DNA of 64,000 nucleotides from Mustelus asterias (taxonomy: Eukaryota): assembly GCF_964213995.1 (NCBI RefSeq), contig NW_027590338.1:124001-188000 (forward strand), in the 5' to 3' direction. The first letter of the stretch is position 1. Each line of letters begins with the position of its first letter. The notes below the pieces were generated by a model that worked only from the letters and a program-made list of their open reading frames with translations, had not been told where the DNA came from and ran no database searches. Of this stretch, positions 51,424 through 63,779 are shown piece by piece. The position numbers were made by a program, and so were the translations under genes.

Positions 51424-52319
51424 TGAGCCACTGTACTGTGTTGCTCGGAAATAAGTTTTAGGATTTTGGCTGAGTGATTATGAAGGCAGAGCAGTATACT
51501 ACCAAATCAGAATAGTGCGTGATTCTGAAGAGTAAATGCAGGTAGTGGGGTTTCTGTGCACAAACTGCCCTTATCCATGTTGGAGAAGAGGTTTGTAGTT
51601 TTGGAAGCTGCTGTCAAAGGAGGTTTAGACAATTGCTGGTAATTCTAGTAATTTCCATGTTCCAGTTGTGAACTCGCTGGTGCCTCAGCAGCGTGGATGA
51701 ATGACTGAATCCCTTCCCACACACTGAAAAATTTGAAATTTTTCTAAATGTAAATTTAATGAAAATACCCGACAGAACTACTTTTTCCTTACTTGAAACA
51801 CAGCTTTAAACGGTCCATTTGTTTTGAGGCTCGGTTCCATGAGCAACGCCTTCAACTAAACAAAATCAAAACACTGCAACTGCTGGAAATCGGAAATGAA
51901 AAGAGAAAACGTTGGAAATATTCATCAGGTTAGACAGCATCTATGGAGACAGAAACAGAGTTAATGTTTGCAGTCACTGACGCTTCTCTAATAAAACTCA
52001 TACCAATAGCTGCTGTTTAATGGGGCCGTGGATCCCACAATCCCCTGTGCCCCACAAACCGCTCTATCCATCACACACATTTCCCATTATGACACTTCTG
52101 TGTCAAGAGGGCGAGCTGTTTAAAGGTGTCAAGTTCCATTTTTGTGTGTTGATGTTCATTAAAAATACGGATCGATTTCCCTCTCATTATGTATCAATTT
52201 CAGATACTTCGGTTGAGAATTTCCAATCCCTTACTTTCTGGTGGATAATGAATGCCTTGAGTACTTAGATTACAGTATAATTTGATTCCTAATTTTATTG
52301 ACTGCACCCTATCCCTAAT

Positions 52320-52800
52320 TTTCACATCGCAGCAGAAAAAGCTCACTTCACAAATGAGGAGTTTCGATGGCGTGCGCTTTACCCACCATTCCTCGCGGTG
52401 GGGAATGTCCCCTATCCACAGCACGGGAGAGTTGTGTATGCGCAGTCAGGCAGAGTGTAGCGCATGCGCAGCGTGGATGATGGCAATGGGGAGAGACGTT
52501 CCTCTGTCTCATCAGCAACCGGTAAGGATGCGGATACATGGAGGGAGGATTGGAACCGGCAGATGGACGGAGAGGGTTTCTAAATATCTGCTGAAGGTCT
52601 CAAACCTTTAATAGTAATCCGCAGGTCCCGTGTTTGCAGCTTTGGGTCTTTTTCCCGGGACGAGGCTCAGGTTAACAGCCGCCATCTTGATTCAGCAGGG
52701 AGCGGAGCCCGCCTGCGCTGGGATCTTTGTGACGCAACAGTGAGTGGGTGGGGCTTCAGCGTTTTCTGCTCCCAATCGGGTCCGAGTGACCGGAATGCAC
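52320..52800. promoter_or_regulatory. CpG promoter, probably bidirectional (ZNF-8 -, ZNF-9 +)
   Basis: GCGCATGCGCA, GCCGCCATCTTG (YY1-like), + strand donor CCG|GTAAGG at ~52522, - strand GTGAGC at ~52345. Confidence 0.55.
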
Positions 52801-52869
52801 AGAAAACCGGACAACAGGTTTTAAACACCCACTCCCAGGCTGCAGCTAATGTTTGCAGCCGAGAGGAGT

Positions 52870-54900
52870 CCATGGGCCATGTACATACTCCAGAAGTTGT
52901 TTATTCCTGTTTGGCGCAAGAGTGGTAAGGGAATTGTGGCCAAACCATGGCTTACAAGGGAAATTAGAGGTAGTATCAGATTCAAGGAAGAAGCATTCAA
53001 ATCGGCAAGAAAAAGCAATAGGCCCGAGGATTGGGAGCAGTTTAAAATTCAGCAAAGGAGGACCAAGGGATTGATTAAGAAGGGAAAAATGGAGTATGAA
53101 AGGAAGCGAGCAGGGAACATAAAAACTGACTGTAAAAGTTTCTATAGATATGTAAAGAGAAGAAGATTGACAAAAACAAATGTTAGAAATGGGAGAATTC
53201 ATAACGGGGAATAAAGAAATGGCTGAGGAATTAAATTGGTACTTTGCTTCAGTCTTCACAAAGGAAGACGTGAATAATGTACCAGAAGTGCTGAAAGAAA
53301 CATGTTTTAGTCAGGGGCTGAAGGAAATCAGCATCAGTTGAGAAGTTTTTGGGGAAATTGATGGGATTGAAGGTGGATAAATCTCCAGGTCCAGATAAGC
53401 TTCATCCCAGAGTATCTCAGGAAGTGGTCCTGGAAATAGTAGATACATTGGTGGTTATTTTCCCAAATTCTTTGGAATCGGTAATAGTTCCGACAGATTG
53501 GAGGGTAGCTAATGTAAACCCACTATTCAAAAAGGGAGGGAGAGAGAAAACAGGGAACTATAGACCAGTGAGCCTAACATTGGTATTGGGGAAGTTGCTG
53601 GTGTCTATTATCAAGGATTTCACAACTCGGCATTTGGAAGGCAGTGGTATAATCAGACAAAGACAGCATGGATTTACAAAAGGGAAATCATGCTTGACGA
53701 ATCTATTGGAATTTTGTAAGGATGTAAGTAGTAGAGTTGACCGAGGAGAACCAGTGGATGTGGTTTATTTAGACTTTCAGAAGGCTTTCGACAAGGTCTC
53801 ACATATGAGACTGCTATGTAAAGTTAAAGGACATGGGATTGCAGGGAATGTCTTGAGATGGATAGAAAGCTGGTTCGCAGATAAGAAGTGAAGCATTGGC
53901 ATAAATGAGTCTTTTTCTGATTGGCAGTCAGTGACTAGTGGGGTTTGGCAGGGATCTGTGCTAGGACCCCAACTCTTCACATTATATATTAATGATTTGG
54001 AAGAGGGAATGGAATGTATTATCTCCAAGTTTGCAGATAATACAAAGTTGAGTGGGAGGGTGAGCTGTGAGGAGGTTGCAGAGATGCTTTAGCGTGATTT
54101 GGACAGGCTGAGTGTGTGGGCGTCAGCATTGCAGATGCAGTATAATGTGGATAAATGTGAGATTATCCACTTTGGTAGCAATAATAGGAAGACAGATTAT
54201 TACTTGAATAGGTGTAAATTGAGGGAGGTATATACTCAACAAGATGTTTGATTCCTCGTGCATCAGTCGCTGAAAGTAAGCGTGCAGGTACAGTAGGCAG
54301 TAAAGAAGGCAAATGATATGTAGGCCTTCATAGCAAGAGGATTTGAGTATAGGGATCGGGATGTTTTGCTGCAGTTCTATAGGGCGTTGGTGAGGCCACA
54401 CCTGGAGTATTGTGTACAGTTTTGGTGTCCTTATCTGAGGAAGGATGTCCTTGTTATAGAGGGAGTGCAGCGAAGGTTTACCAGGCTGATTCCTGGGATG
54501 GCAAGTCAGTCATATGAGGAGAAACTAAATCGGTTAAGATTATATTCACTGGAGTTTGGAAGAGTTGGATCTCATAGAAACTTAAAAATTCTAACAGGGT
54601 TCGACAGGGTAGATACAGGAAGAATGTTCCCAATGGTGGGGGGAGTCCGGAACTCGGGGTCATAGTTTGAGGATAAGGGGTAAACCTTTTAGAACTGAGG
54701 TGAGGAGAAATTTCTTCACCCAGAGGGTGATGAATGTGTGGAATTCACTGCCACAGAATATAGATCAAGGGATATGGGGGAACGGGAGTGGGGTGGGGGG
54801 GGGGATTAGGATATTGAATTTGATGATCAACCATGACCATAATGAATGGTGGAACAAGCTCGAAGGGCTGAATGACCTACCCCCACTTCTAGATTCTATG
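52870..54900 (+). mobile_element. Degraded CR1 ORF2 + 3' end
   Basis: KPWLT, KSPGPD, NYRPVSLT, YLDFQKAFDKV, LEYCVQFW; many stops. Confidence 0.9.
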
Positions 54901-55347
54901 TTTCAGTGTGAAAAGTTGCCTGAAGCGGTGGCAAAATATTTGGTTACATTTCAGCCCCAGGCTCCTCATGTTTACATAGAAACATACTGGAAAGTAGAAG
55001 TGGGGAGGACGCTATTCGGCCCTTCGAGCCTGCTCCGCCGTTCATTATGGTCATGGCTGATCATCAAATTCAATATCATAATCCCGCTTCCCCCCCCACC
55101 CCCCGTATCCCTTGATCCCCAAGAAATGTATCTAATTCCTTATTGAAATCAGACTCTACTTCTACTTTTGAGGAAGGGAGTTCCAAAGATTCAAGACTCT
55201 CTGAGTGAAAAAAAATCTTCTCATCTCTGTCTTCAATGGGCAACACTTTTTTATGATGTGGAGCTGCCGGCGTTGGACTGGGGTAAGCACAGTAAGAAGT
55301 CTCACAACACCAGGTTAAAGTCCAACAGGTTTATTTGGTAGCAAATA

Positions 55348-55384
55348 CCATAAGCTTTCGGAGCGCTGCTCCTTCGTCAGATGG
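55348..55384 (-). ncRNA. Minimal hammerhead ribozyme, identical inverted copy
   Basis: Exact reverse complement of 55777-55813. Confidence 0.8.
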
Positions 55385-55776
55385 AGTGGATATCTGCTCT
55401 CAAACAGTGCACAGAGACACAAAATCAAGTTACAGAATACTGATTAGAATGCGAATCCCTACAGCTAGCCAGGTCGTAAAGATACAGACAATTTGGGTGG
55501 AGGGAGCATTAAGCACAGGTTCAAGAGATGTGTATTGTCTCCAGACAGAACAGCTAGTAAGATCAGGAGGCAAGCTGTGGGGGTTACTGATAATGTGACA
55601 TAAATCCAACATCCCGGTTTAGGCCGTCCTCATGCGTGCGGAACTTGGCTATCAGTTTCTGCTCAGCGACTCTGCGCTGTCGTGTGTCGTGAAGGCTGCC
55701 TTGGAGAACGCTTACCTGAAGATCCGAGGCTGAATGCCCGTGACTGCTGTGCACTGTTTGAGAGCACATTTCCGCT

Positions 55777-55813
55777 CCATCTGACGAAGGAGCAGCGCTC
55801 CGAAAGCTTATGG
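55777..55813 (+). ncRNA. Minimal hammerhead ribozyme (PLE type)
   Basis: ccat-CTGACGA-a-ggagc(agc)gctcc-GAAA-gctt-atgg: stem I, intact core, stem II, palindromic stem III. Confidence 0.8.
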
Positions 55814-56441
55814 TATTTGCTACCAAATAAACCTGTTGGACTTTAACCTGGTGTTGTTACAACACTTTTAAAACAGTGACCCCAAGATTCTCCCATAAGA
55901 GTAAACATCCTCTCCACATCCAAGGTCTTTCAGGATCTTGAAGGTTTAAATTAAGTTGCCTCTTACTCTTTTAAAGTCGAGCAGAAGCTAAACTTGAGCA
56001 GAGACAGTCTCTGGTGTTATTATATGGGACTGATTTACTTCTGGTCCTGTAATAAATGCATTTATTATTTCCAGTCTTGTAATATAGTCCTGTAGCTACG
56101 TTATATATTTCCAGTCACAGAGTCATTCCAGCACAGAAGGAGTCCATTGGATAACTCGAGTCCATACCGACTCTCACAGTAACTTCATACTTTTTCATGA
56201 TTTTCACAGTGACTTCATTGCAGTGTTAATGTCAGCATCCTTGTGACACTAATTAATAAATTATCAAAACTAAACTATAAACTGTCTGTCGAGCAGTTCT
56301 GTCCGTCTGGAGTGGGTCCCATTCTGTAACCCTGCAGCACCCATCCAATCTCATTTAGAAATTATTGATCCCCTCGGCTTGACTACCTCCACAGTCAGCA
56401 AGTTCAAGATCATCATTAATCACAACCCCCTGTATCTTAAC

Positions 56442-57470
56442 TGTGGAGGGGTCTTTCTCTGCATGGAGGTCAGTGACCAGTGGAGTGCCCCAGGGATCTG
56501 TTCTGGGACCCTTGCTGTTTGTCATTTTCATAAATGACCTGGATGAGGAAGTGGAGGGATGGGTTGGTAAGTTTGCTGACGACACCAAGGTAGGTGGTGT
56601 TGTGGATAGTTTGGAGGGATGTCAGAAATTGCAGCGAGACATAGATAGAATGCAAGACTGGGCGGAGAAGTGGCAGATGGACTTCAACCCGGATAAGTGT
56701 GTGGTGGTCCATTTTGGCAGATCCAATGGGATGAAGCAGCAGTATAATATGAAGGGTACCATTCTTAGCAGTGTAGAGGATCAGAAGGACCTTGGGGTCC
56801 GGGTCCATAGGACTCTTAAATCGGCCTCGCAGGTGGAGGATGCGGTCAAGAAGGCGTACGGCGTACTGGCCTTCATTAATCGAGGGATTGAGTTTAGGAG
56901 TCGGGAGATAATGCTGCAGCTTTATAGGACCCTGGTTAGACCCCACTTGGAGTACTGCGCGCAGTTCTGGTCACCTCATTACAGGAAAGATGTTGAAGCC
57001 ATTGAAAGGGTGCAGAGGAGATTTACAAGGATGTTGCCTGGATTGGGGGGCATGCCTTATGAGGATAGGTTGAGGGAGCTTGGTCTCTTCTCCCTGGAGA
57101 GACGAAGGATGAGAGGTGACCTGATAGAGGTTTACAAGATGTTGAGAGGTCTGGATAGGGTAGACTCTCAGAGGCTATTTCCAAGGGCTGAAATGGTTGC
57201 TACGAGAGGACACAGGTTTAAGGTGCTGGGGGGTAGGTACAGAGGAGATGTCAGGGGTAAGTTTTTCACTCAGAGGGTGGTGGGTGAGTGGAATCGGCTG
57301 ACGTCGGTGGTGGTGGAGGCAAACTCGTTGGGGTCTTTTAAGAGACTTCTGGATGAGTACATGGGATTTAATGGGATTGAGGGCTATAGATAGGCCTAGA
57401 GGTGGAGATGTGATCGGCGCAACTTGTGGGCCGAAGGGCCTGTTTGTGCTGTGGCTTTCTATGTTCTATG
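56442..57470 (+). mobile_element. Young 5'-truncated CR1 with uninterrupted RT C-terminal ORF
   Basis: 316-aa ORF with GVPQGSVLGP and FADD; (TTCTATG)2 tail; TTAAC TSD at 56437-56441 and 57471-57475. Confidence 0.92.
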
Positions 57471-57514
57471 TTAACCCAACTAGAGCCATCCGATCCATTA
57501 AATATATTTTTAGT

Positions 57515-58380
57515 TCAGTCATAGCAGAGATATTTGTATCATCGATAGTCACAGGTGAGGTGCCTGAAGATTGGAGGGTGGCAAATGTTGTGCCTTTGTT
57601 TAAAAAGGGCTGCAGGGAAAAGCCTGGGAACTACAGGCCAGTGAGCCTCACATCTGTGGTGGGTAAGTTGTTGGAAGGTATTTTGAGAGACAGGATCTAC
57701 AGGCATTTCAAGATGCAATGACTGATTAGGGACAGTCAGCATGGCTTTGTGAGTGGTGAAGAAGGCATTCAGCGTGCTTGATTTCATTGGTCAGAACATT
57801 GAATACAGGAGTTGGGATGTCTTGTTGAAGTTGTACAAGACATTGGTAAGGCAACACTTGGAATGCTGTGTGCAGTTCTGGTCACCCTATTATAGAAAGG
57901 ATATTATTAAACTAGAAAGAGTGCAGAAAAGACTTATTAGGATGCTACCGGGACTTGATGGATTGAGTTATAAGGAGAGGCTGGATAGACTGGGACTTTT
58001 TTGTCTGGAGCGTAGGAGGCTGAGGGGTGACCTTATAGAGGTCTATAAAATAATGAGGGGCACAGACAAGGTAGATAGTCAATATCTTTTCCCAAAGTAG
58101 GGGAGTCTAAAACTAGAGGGCATAGGTTTAAGGTGAGAAGGGCAATTTTTTCATACAGAGAATGGTGAGTGTCTGGAACAAGCTGCCAGAGATAGTAGTA
58201 GAGGCGGGTATGATTTTGACTTTTAAAAAGCATTTAGACAGTTACATGGGTAAGATGGGTTTCGAGGGATATGGGCCAAATGCGGGCAATTGGGACGAGC
58301 TTAAGGGTTTAAAAAAAAGGCGGCATGGACAAATTGGGCCGAAGGGCCTGTTTCCATGCTGTAAACCTCTATGACTCTGT
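57515..58380 (+). mobile_element. CR1 with a large internal deletion (same insertion as 1-420)
   Basis: NYRPVSLTS..QHGFV joined directly to VVKKAF..3' end. Confidence 0.85.
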
Positions 58381-58415
58381 ATAGACTGTCTGGCAGCCTG
58401 CATGGAGATTTTCAG

Positions 58416-58491
58416 CTGTGGCCAGGACAGGAAGCAGTGAGCATGGATCTGTCAATCAGCCTCAATCAGCACCTTCAGGAGAATTGAAAGG
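58416..58491 (+). other. Predicted 76-nt leader exon 3 of ZNF-9; intron 58492-58659
   Basis: ttttcag| acceptor, |GTGAAT donor, CTGAC/CTGAT branch-like site, ttttacag acceptor. Confidence 0.7.
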
Positions 58492-59016
58492 GTGAATATT
58501 AGATACAGCAGAGTGAGAATGGAGGGAGAGTGTGTGGGATGGAGATTTACAGCTTTTGGGGAAAGAGAGAGGAAAGAATGTTCCATAGAAACTAGAATTG
58601 TCTGCTCTGAATTTCTATCCTGTACTGACACTGATGACTTTTGTAAACACCTTTTACAGGCTATCAGAAGGTGAGGGTTTACAGACAGAAATCTCAAACC
58701 AAACATCACGTCAACATCTGACAGAGTCACTCAATTCATCGGGACCTGAATATCATCGGCCTTTGAATCTAGAAGGAGAAATGTTTCTCTGCTCTGTCTG
58801 CTTCAGGAGATTTTAAACATCAGTGTGACTGGAAAGCACTGAGACATACACACCCGGGTGAGAGTGTTCCAGTGCACTGTGTGGAAAACACTTCAGTTGC
58901 ACAGCCTGAAAAAACATCGCAGCATTCACAGCGGGGAGAGACTGTACCCGTGTTCTGTGTGTGGATGAGGTTTCAACTGATTGTCCGACCTGGAGAGTCA
59001 CAAGGACACCTGCACC

Positions 59017-59607
59017 ATGGAGAAACGGTGGAAATGTGGGGACTGTGGGAAGGGATTTAGATACCCTTCTCACCTGGAAACCCATCGACGCAGCCACACT
59101 GGGGAGAGACCGTTCACCTGTTCTCAGTGTGGGAATGGATTCAGTCGATTATCCACTCTGCAGACACACCAGCGAGTTCACAATGAGGAAAGGCCATTCA
59201 TCTGCTTTCATTGTGGGAAGAGATTCACTCAGTCATCCGCCCTGCAGACACACCAGCGAGTTCACAATGAGGAGCGACCATTCATCTGCTCTCAGTGTGG
59301 GAAGGGATTCAGTCAGTCATCCAGCCTGCGGACACACCAGCGAGTTCACACTAGGGAGAGGCCGTTTATCTGCTCTCAGTGTGGGAATGGGTTCACTCAG
59401 TTATCCCATCTGAAGACACACCAACGGTTTCACACTGGGGAGAGGCCGTTCACCTGCCCTCAGTGCGAGAAGGGATTTGCTCAGTTATCCACTCTTCAGA
59501 CACACCAGCGAGTTCACACCAAGGAGAGACCGTTCACCTGCTCTCAGTGTGGGAAAGGATTCACTCAGTTATCCAACCTGCGGAGACACCAGCGAGTTCA
59601 CATGTGA
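59017..59607 (+). CDS. C2H2 zinc-finger protein, 7 fingers (ZNF-9; paralog of ZNF-1)
   Basis: Same as ZNF-1 minus finger 5. Confidence 0.88.
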   Translation: MEKRWKCGDCGKGFRYPSHLETHRRSHTGERPFTCSQCGNGFSRLSTLQTHQRVHNEERPFICFHCGKRFTQSSALQTHQRVHNEERPFICSQCGKGFSQSSSLRTHQRVHTRERPFICSQCGNGFTQLSHLKTHQRFHTGERPFTCPQCEKGFAQLSTLQTHQRVHTKERPFTCSQCGKGFTQLSNLRRHQRVHM

Positions 59608-60949
59608 TTCCAGGGGTTGGATTCTGCTGTTATTGTTTCTGCTCTCAATTACATCCAGGACTGCATTTTGTTCATTCTCATAGTTGGTCACTGGGGAGAA
59701 TTGGAGGCTCTCTTTCTGCTGGACTGGCCGGTCTCACCACTTTGCCTCCAGTGGGCTGATAATCTTTTAACCTTGTTGCGAATATCTGGCTTTGGATTTC
59801 TCAAGGATCACAGAGTGAAAGGGTGTTGGGAAGTTTAAAGATATTTTGTTCGCAATTATGTTTGGAAGCCTCGCAAAGCATGCAGAGGGAGTAGTGAGCA
59901 TGAGGAACTGAAAGAGATTAGTATTAGTGAAAAAGTAGCACTGGAGAAATTAATGGGGTTGGAAGTGAATAAATCCCCAAAAACTGCTGATCTACATCCC
60001 AGAGTGTTGGAAGAGGTGGCTGTGGAGATAGTGGATACATTGGTGGTCATCTTTCCAAATTCTATAGATTGTGGAATGGTTGCTGCAGATTGGAAGGTGG
60101 TAAATGAAACCCCACTGTTTAAGGAGGGAGAGAGAAAACGGGGAACCACAGACCCATCAGCCTGACATCAGCCAGAGGGAAAATGCTCCAATCTATTGTA
60201 CAGGATGTGATAACAGATGAATGTGCATATTCAGAACAGGGGTACGTCCCTCGAGCCTACTTCACCATTCAATATGTGCACAGCTGATCTGATTGTAACC
60301 TCAACTCCACATTCCCGCCGACCCCCCGATAACCTTTCAGCCCCTTGCTTATTAAGAATCTGTCCAGCTCTGCCTTCAAAAGATTCAGAGACTCTGCGTC
60401 CACTGCCCTTTGAGGAAGAGAGTTCCAGATATTCAGACCCTCTGAGAGGAAGAAGTTCTCCTGTTATTTGTTTTAATCGAGCCGCCTCTTACTCTTCTAA
60501 ACTCCAGTGGATACAAGCCCAGCCTGTCCAATCAATCCTCATTAGACAAACCAGCCATTTCAGGTATTAGTCCAGTAAACCTTCTCTGAGCTGTTTCCAA
60601 TGTGTTTACATCTTTCCTAAATGAGAGCCATATTGTACACAGTACTCCAGATGGTTTCACCAATATCCTGTATAATCTCCCTACTTTTTTATTCAATTCC
60701 CTTCGCAATAAACAACAACATTCTATTAGCTTTCCCAATTCCCTGCTGTACCTGTATACCGGCCTTTTGTGATTCAAGCACTGGGACACCCAGATCCCTC
60801 TGTAATCTCAGCTCTGCAATCTCACACCATTTAAATGATAAGCTTCTCTTTTATTCTTCCTGCCAAAATGGATGATTTGACTTTTTGCCACATTATATTA
60901 CATTTGGCGGATCTTTGCCCCTGTTTTAACCGATCTATATATTTTTGTA

Positions 60950-61350
60950 ACCAAAAACAGAAGATGCTGGAAAATCTCAGCAGGTCTGGCAGCATCTGTA
61001 AGGAGAGAAAAGAGCTGATGTTTCGAGTCCAGATGACCCTTTGTCAAAGCTAAAAGGCAGAGAAAGTGGGAGATATTTATACTGCCGGGTGAGGGAATTA
61101 AAGATGAGTCATAGCCACAGAAACCAGGGGAAAAGACTGCTCATAGCTGTCCACAGAGAGAATAAAGGGTGTGAATGGCCAAAAGAGAGAGGGAGGGGCG
61201 GGGGAGGGGAGAGAGTAATGAATGGGACGAGGTAAGATTTAGCAAAGGGGGAGAAAAGGTCAGAGAAGGGGAATAAAGAAGGGGGAAAGAGTGGGAGGGA
61301 GGAAGAAAAATGAAGAAACAATAAAGAAATTAAAGGAATAAAAATATATA
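60950..61350 (-). mobile_element. Penelope-like pLTR with decayed hammerhead, nested in a CR1
   Basis: Reverse strand agctTTGACAAagggtcatctggactcGAAAcatcagct. Confidence 0.55.
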
Positions 61351-61449
61351 TTTTTGTCGTCTCCTTATGTCATCTTCACAACTTTCCTACCTATCTTTAT
61401 GCCATTAGCAAATTTAGCAACCATCCCCTCAGTCCTTTCACCCAAGTCT

Positions 61450-61785
61450 GAGGGCGAAAAGGGGTCACGAGAAAGCATTGGGCAGCAGGATTAAGGAAAA
61501 TCCCAAGGCTTTTTATACATATATAAAGAGCAACAGGGAGAGGGTTGGTCCACTCAAGGACAGGGGAGGGAATCTATGTCTGGAGCCAGAGGAAATGGCG
61601 ATGTATTAAATGAGTACTTTGCGTCCGTATTCATCAAAGAGAAGGACTTGGTGGATGATGAGTCTGGGAAAGGGTGTGTGGATAGTTTGAGTCATGTTGA
61701 GATCAAAAAGGAGGAGGTATTGGGATTCTTGAGAAACATTAAAGTAGACAAGTCCCCAGGGCCTAAAGGGATATACCCCAGAATA
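61450..61785 (+). mobile_element. CR1 ORF2 internal fragment abutting ZNF-10
   Basis: [32 protein letters not shown]. Confidence 0.85.
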
Positions 61786-62238
61786 CCCGCATTGAGAGCA
61801 CATGAATGTCATCTCCCCAGAATGAACTCGCTGGTGTATCTGCAGGCTGGATGCCTGAATGAATCCCTTCCCACACTGAGAGCAGGTGAACGGCCTCTCC
61901 CCAATGTGAACTCGCTGGTGTGTCTGCAGGTCAGATGACCGAGTGAATCTCTTCCCACACTGAGAGCAGGTGAATGGCCTCTCTCCAGTGTGAGTTCGCT
62001 GGTGTCTCTGCAAGGTGGATGACACAGTGAATCCCTTCCCACACTGAGAGCAGGTGAACGGTCTCTCCCCAGTGTGAACTCGCTGGTGTGACTGCAGGTG
62101 GGAAAAACAAATGAATCCCTCCCCACACTGAGAGCAGATGAATGGCCTCTCCCCAGTGTGGCTGCTTCGATGAGCATCCAGCAGAGATGGGGCACTGTAT
62201 CTCTTTCCACAGTCTACACATTTCCATGGTTTCTCCAT
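61606..62238 (-). CDS. 3'-truncated C2H2 ZNF, 5 fingers, reading into antisense CR1 (ZNF-10; paralog of ZNF-3)
   Basis: The sixth finger is cut at FMCSQCG (~61786); the ORF continues ~59 codons in CR1 antisense. Confidence 0.6.
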   Translation of the reverse strand: MEKPWKCVDCGKRYSAPSLLDAHRSSHTGERPFICSQCGEGFICFSHLQSHQRVHTGERPFTCSQCGKGFTVSSTLQRHQRTHTGERPFTCSQCGKRFTRSSDLQTHQRVHIGERPFTCSQCGKGFIQASSLQIHQRVHSGEMTFMCSQCGYSGVYPFRPWGLVYFNVSQESQYLLLFDLNMTQTIHTPFPRLIIHQVLLFDEYGRKVLI

Positions 62239-62879
62239 GGTGCAGGTGTCCTTGCCTCTCTCTTGGGTGGCCAATCAATTGAAGCCTCGTCCACACACAC
62301 AACACGAGTGCAGTCTCTCCCCGCTGTGAATGATGTGATATTTATTCAGGCTGTGTAATTGGTTAAAGCTCTTTAGCCAGTGCACTGGAACACTCTTACT
62401 CAAGTGTGGCAGTGTGTTGATGCTTTTCCAGTTACACTGATGTTTGAAATGTTTTCAAATCAACAGACTGGACAACAATTTCTCCTTCTCGATTCAATGG
62501 CCGATGATATTCAGCTCCCAAGGAATATGACTCTGTCACGTCTCGACGTGACGTTTGAGATTTCAGCCTGTGATTTCTCTTTCAATATCCTGTAAAACAA
62601 GTTGACACAAGTCATCAGTGTCAGTACAGGATAGAAATTCAGAACAGACAATTCTAGTTTCTATGGAACATTCTTTCCTCTCTCATTCCCCAAAAGCTGT
62701 GAATCTCCATCCCACACACTCTCCCTCCATTCTCACTCTGCTGTATCTAATATTCACCCTCCCAATTCTCCTGAAGGTGCTGATTGAGGCTGATTGACAG
62801 ATCCATGCTCACTGCTTCCTGTCCTGGACACAGCTGAAAATCTCCAAGCAGGCTGCCAGACAGATATATGCCCATATGT

Positions 62880-63130
62880 CTGCACCCTGGGCCCGGCACT
62901 GCGCATGTCCAATGGAGAGGGGAAGATGCGCATGTGCGGGGGGAGCCAACCTGTTGACCTGCTGCTTGAGGTGTTGGCCAATGGAAAGCTGGAGGACCGG
63001 ACGTTCTCTGGTCCTCAAGCCAATCAGAGCTCCCCCATTGTCTGAATGCGGAAGTTGGACAATGAGCTTGTTCAGCTGCTCATTCCTGCCCAGCAAAGCT
63101 GCTGCTGCTCTGTCTCTGAATGAAGATTGA
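62880..63130. promoter_or_regulatory. CpG promoter paralogous to 14340-14650
   Basis: Two TGCGCATGT motifs, several CCAAT, GGAGGACC..GGTCCTC dyad. Confidence 0.65.
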
Positions 63131-63240
63131 GTACAGACAGACTCAAACGTCTTCTGTCTCCAACATCTGTGAGTAAAATACTTTCTTTTTTCCCCCTTTC
63201 CATTTCTTTTCTCATTCTGGGGGAAACTGGGGACTTGCAG

Positions 63241-63290
63241 CAACTGAAAGGAAAGGAAGTGAATCCAGGGAGGCTGCAGACTCTGGAAAG
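63241..63290 (+). other. Predicted 50-nt leader exon 2 of a + strand ZNF gene beyond the window
   Basis: Intron 63169-63240 (GTGAGT..ttgcag, 72 nt); donor AAG|GTTGGC. Confidence 0.65.
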
Positions 63291-63779
63291 GTTGGCCCGG
63301 GTCTCTTTCTCTGAAAGACATTGACATCCTTTGCTCCCTCAGCTTGACACATTGATTTGTCTGGCTCAAAGGTCCCTTTCCTAATGTTCACAATTAAAGG
63401 GCTGGTTTCCCTCGGAGATGGCTGACATTTAAAAGAACAACAAATTAATAGAGGGCAGAGATATGCCTCGTGTTGTTATATTATAGATTTGGTATATTAT
63501 TTATGGTTCTGTAACAAAGTACATTTATTATTATTTCTTGTCTTGTAATGTAGCAATGAAGCTATGTTATATATTTCCACTCATTGAGTCATTACAGCGC
63601 AGAAGGAGTCCATTCAATAACTCGATTCCCTGCCGACTCTCTGTCGAACAATCCAATCAGTCCCATTCCCTTTCTATATTCCCTTTCCCCTGCAACTTTA
63701 TTTCCTTCGTGTGCCCATCTAATTTCTGAAATATATTAAAGGGGACAGTAAACTAATATAGGACAGAGATGTGTCTGAT

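Larger units (their letters stand above)
55251..55859 (-). mobile_element. Penelope-like element with inverted pLTRs and GIY-YIG C-terminal fragment
   Basis: 111-bp inverted arms 55304-55414 / 55747-55857 (3 mismatches); HGHSASDLQVSVLQG..RRVAEQKLIAKFRTHEDGLNRD; TSD CAACACTTTT at 55241-55250 and 55860-55869. Confidence 0.88.
57959..60327 (+). repeat. Segmental duplication copy B
   Basis: Collinear with 1-2441 apart from an 84-bp finger indel and small indels. Confidence 0.92.

Noticed and set aside
51665-51725. Additional ZNF gene
   Set aside because: Only about half of one finger; an isolated relic.
58600-58650. Box C/D snoRNA in the conserved intron (TGATGA, CTGA)
   Set aside because: The motifs are in the wrong order and overlap the likely branch point.
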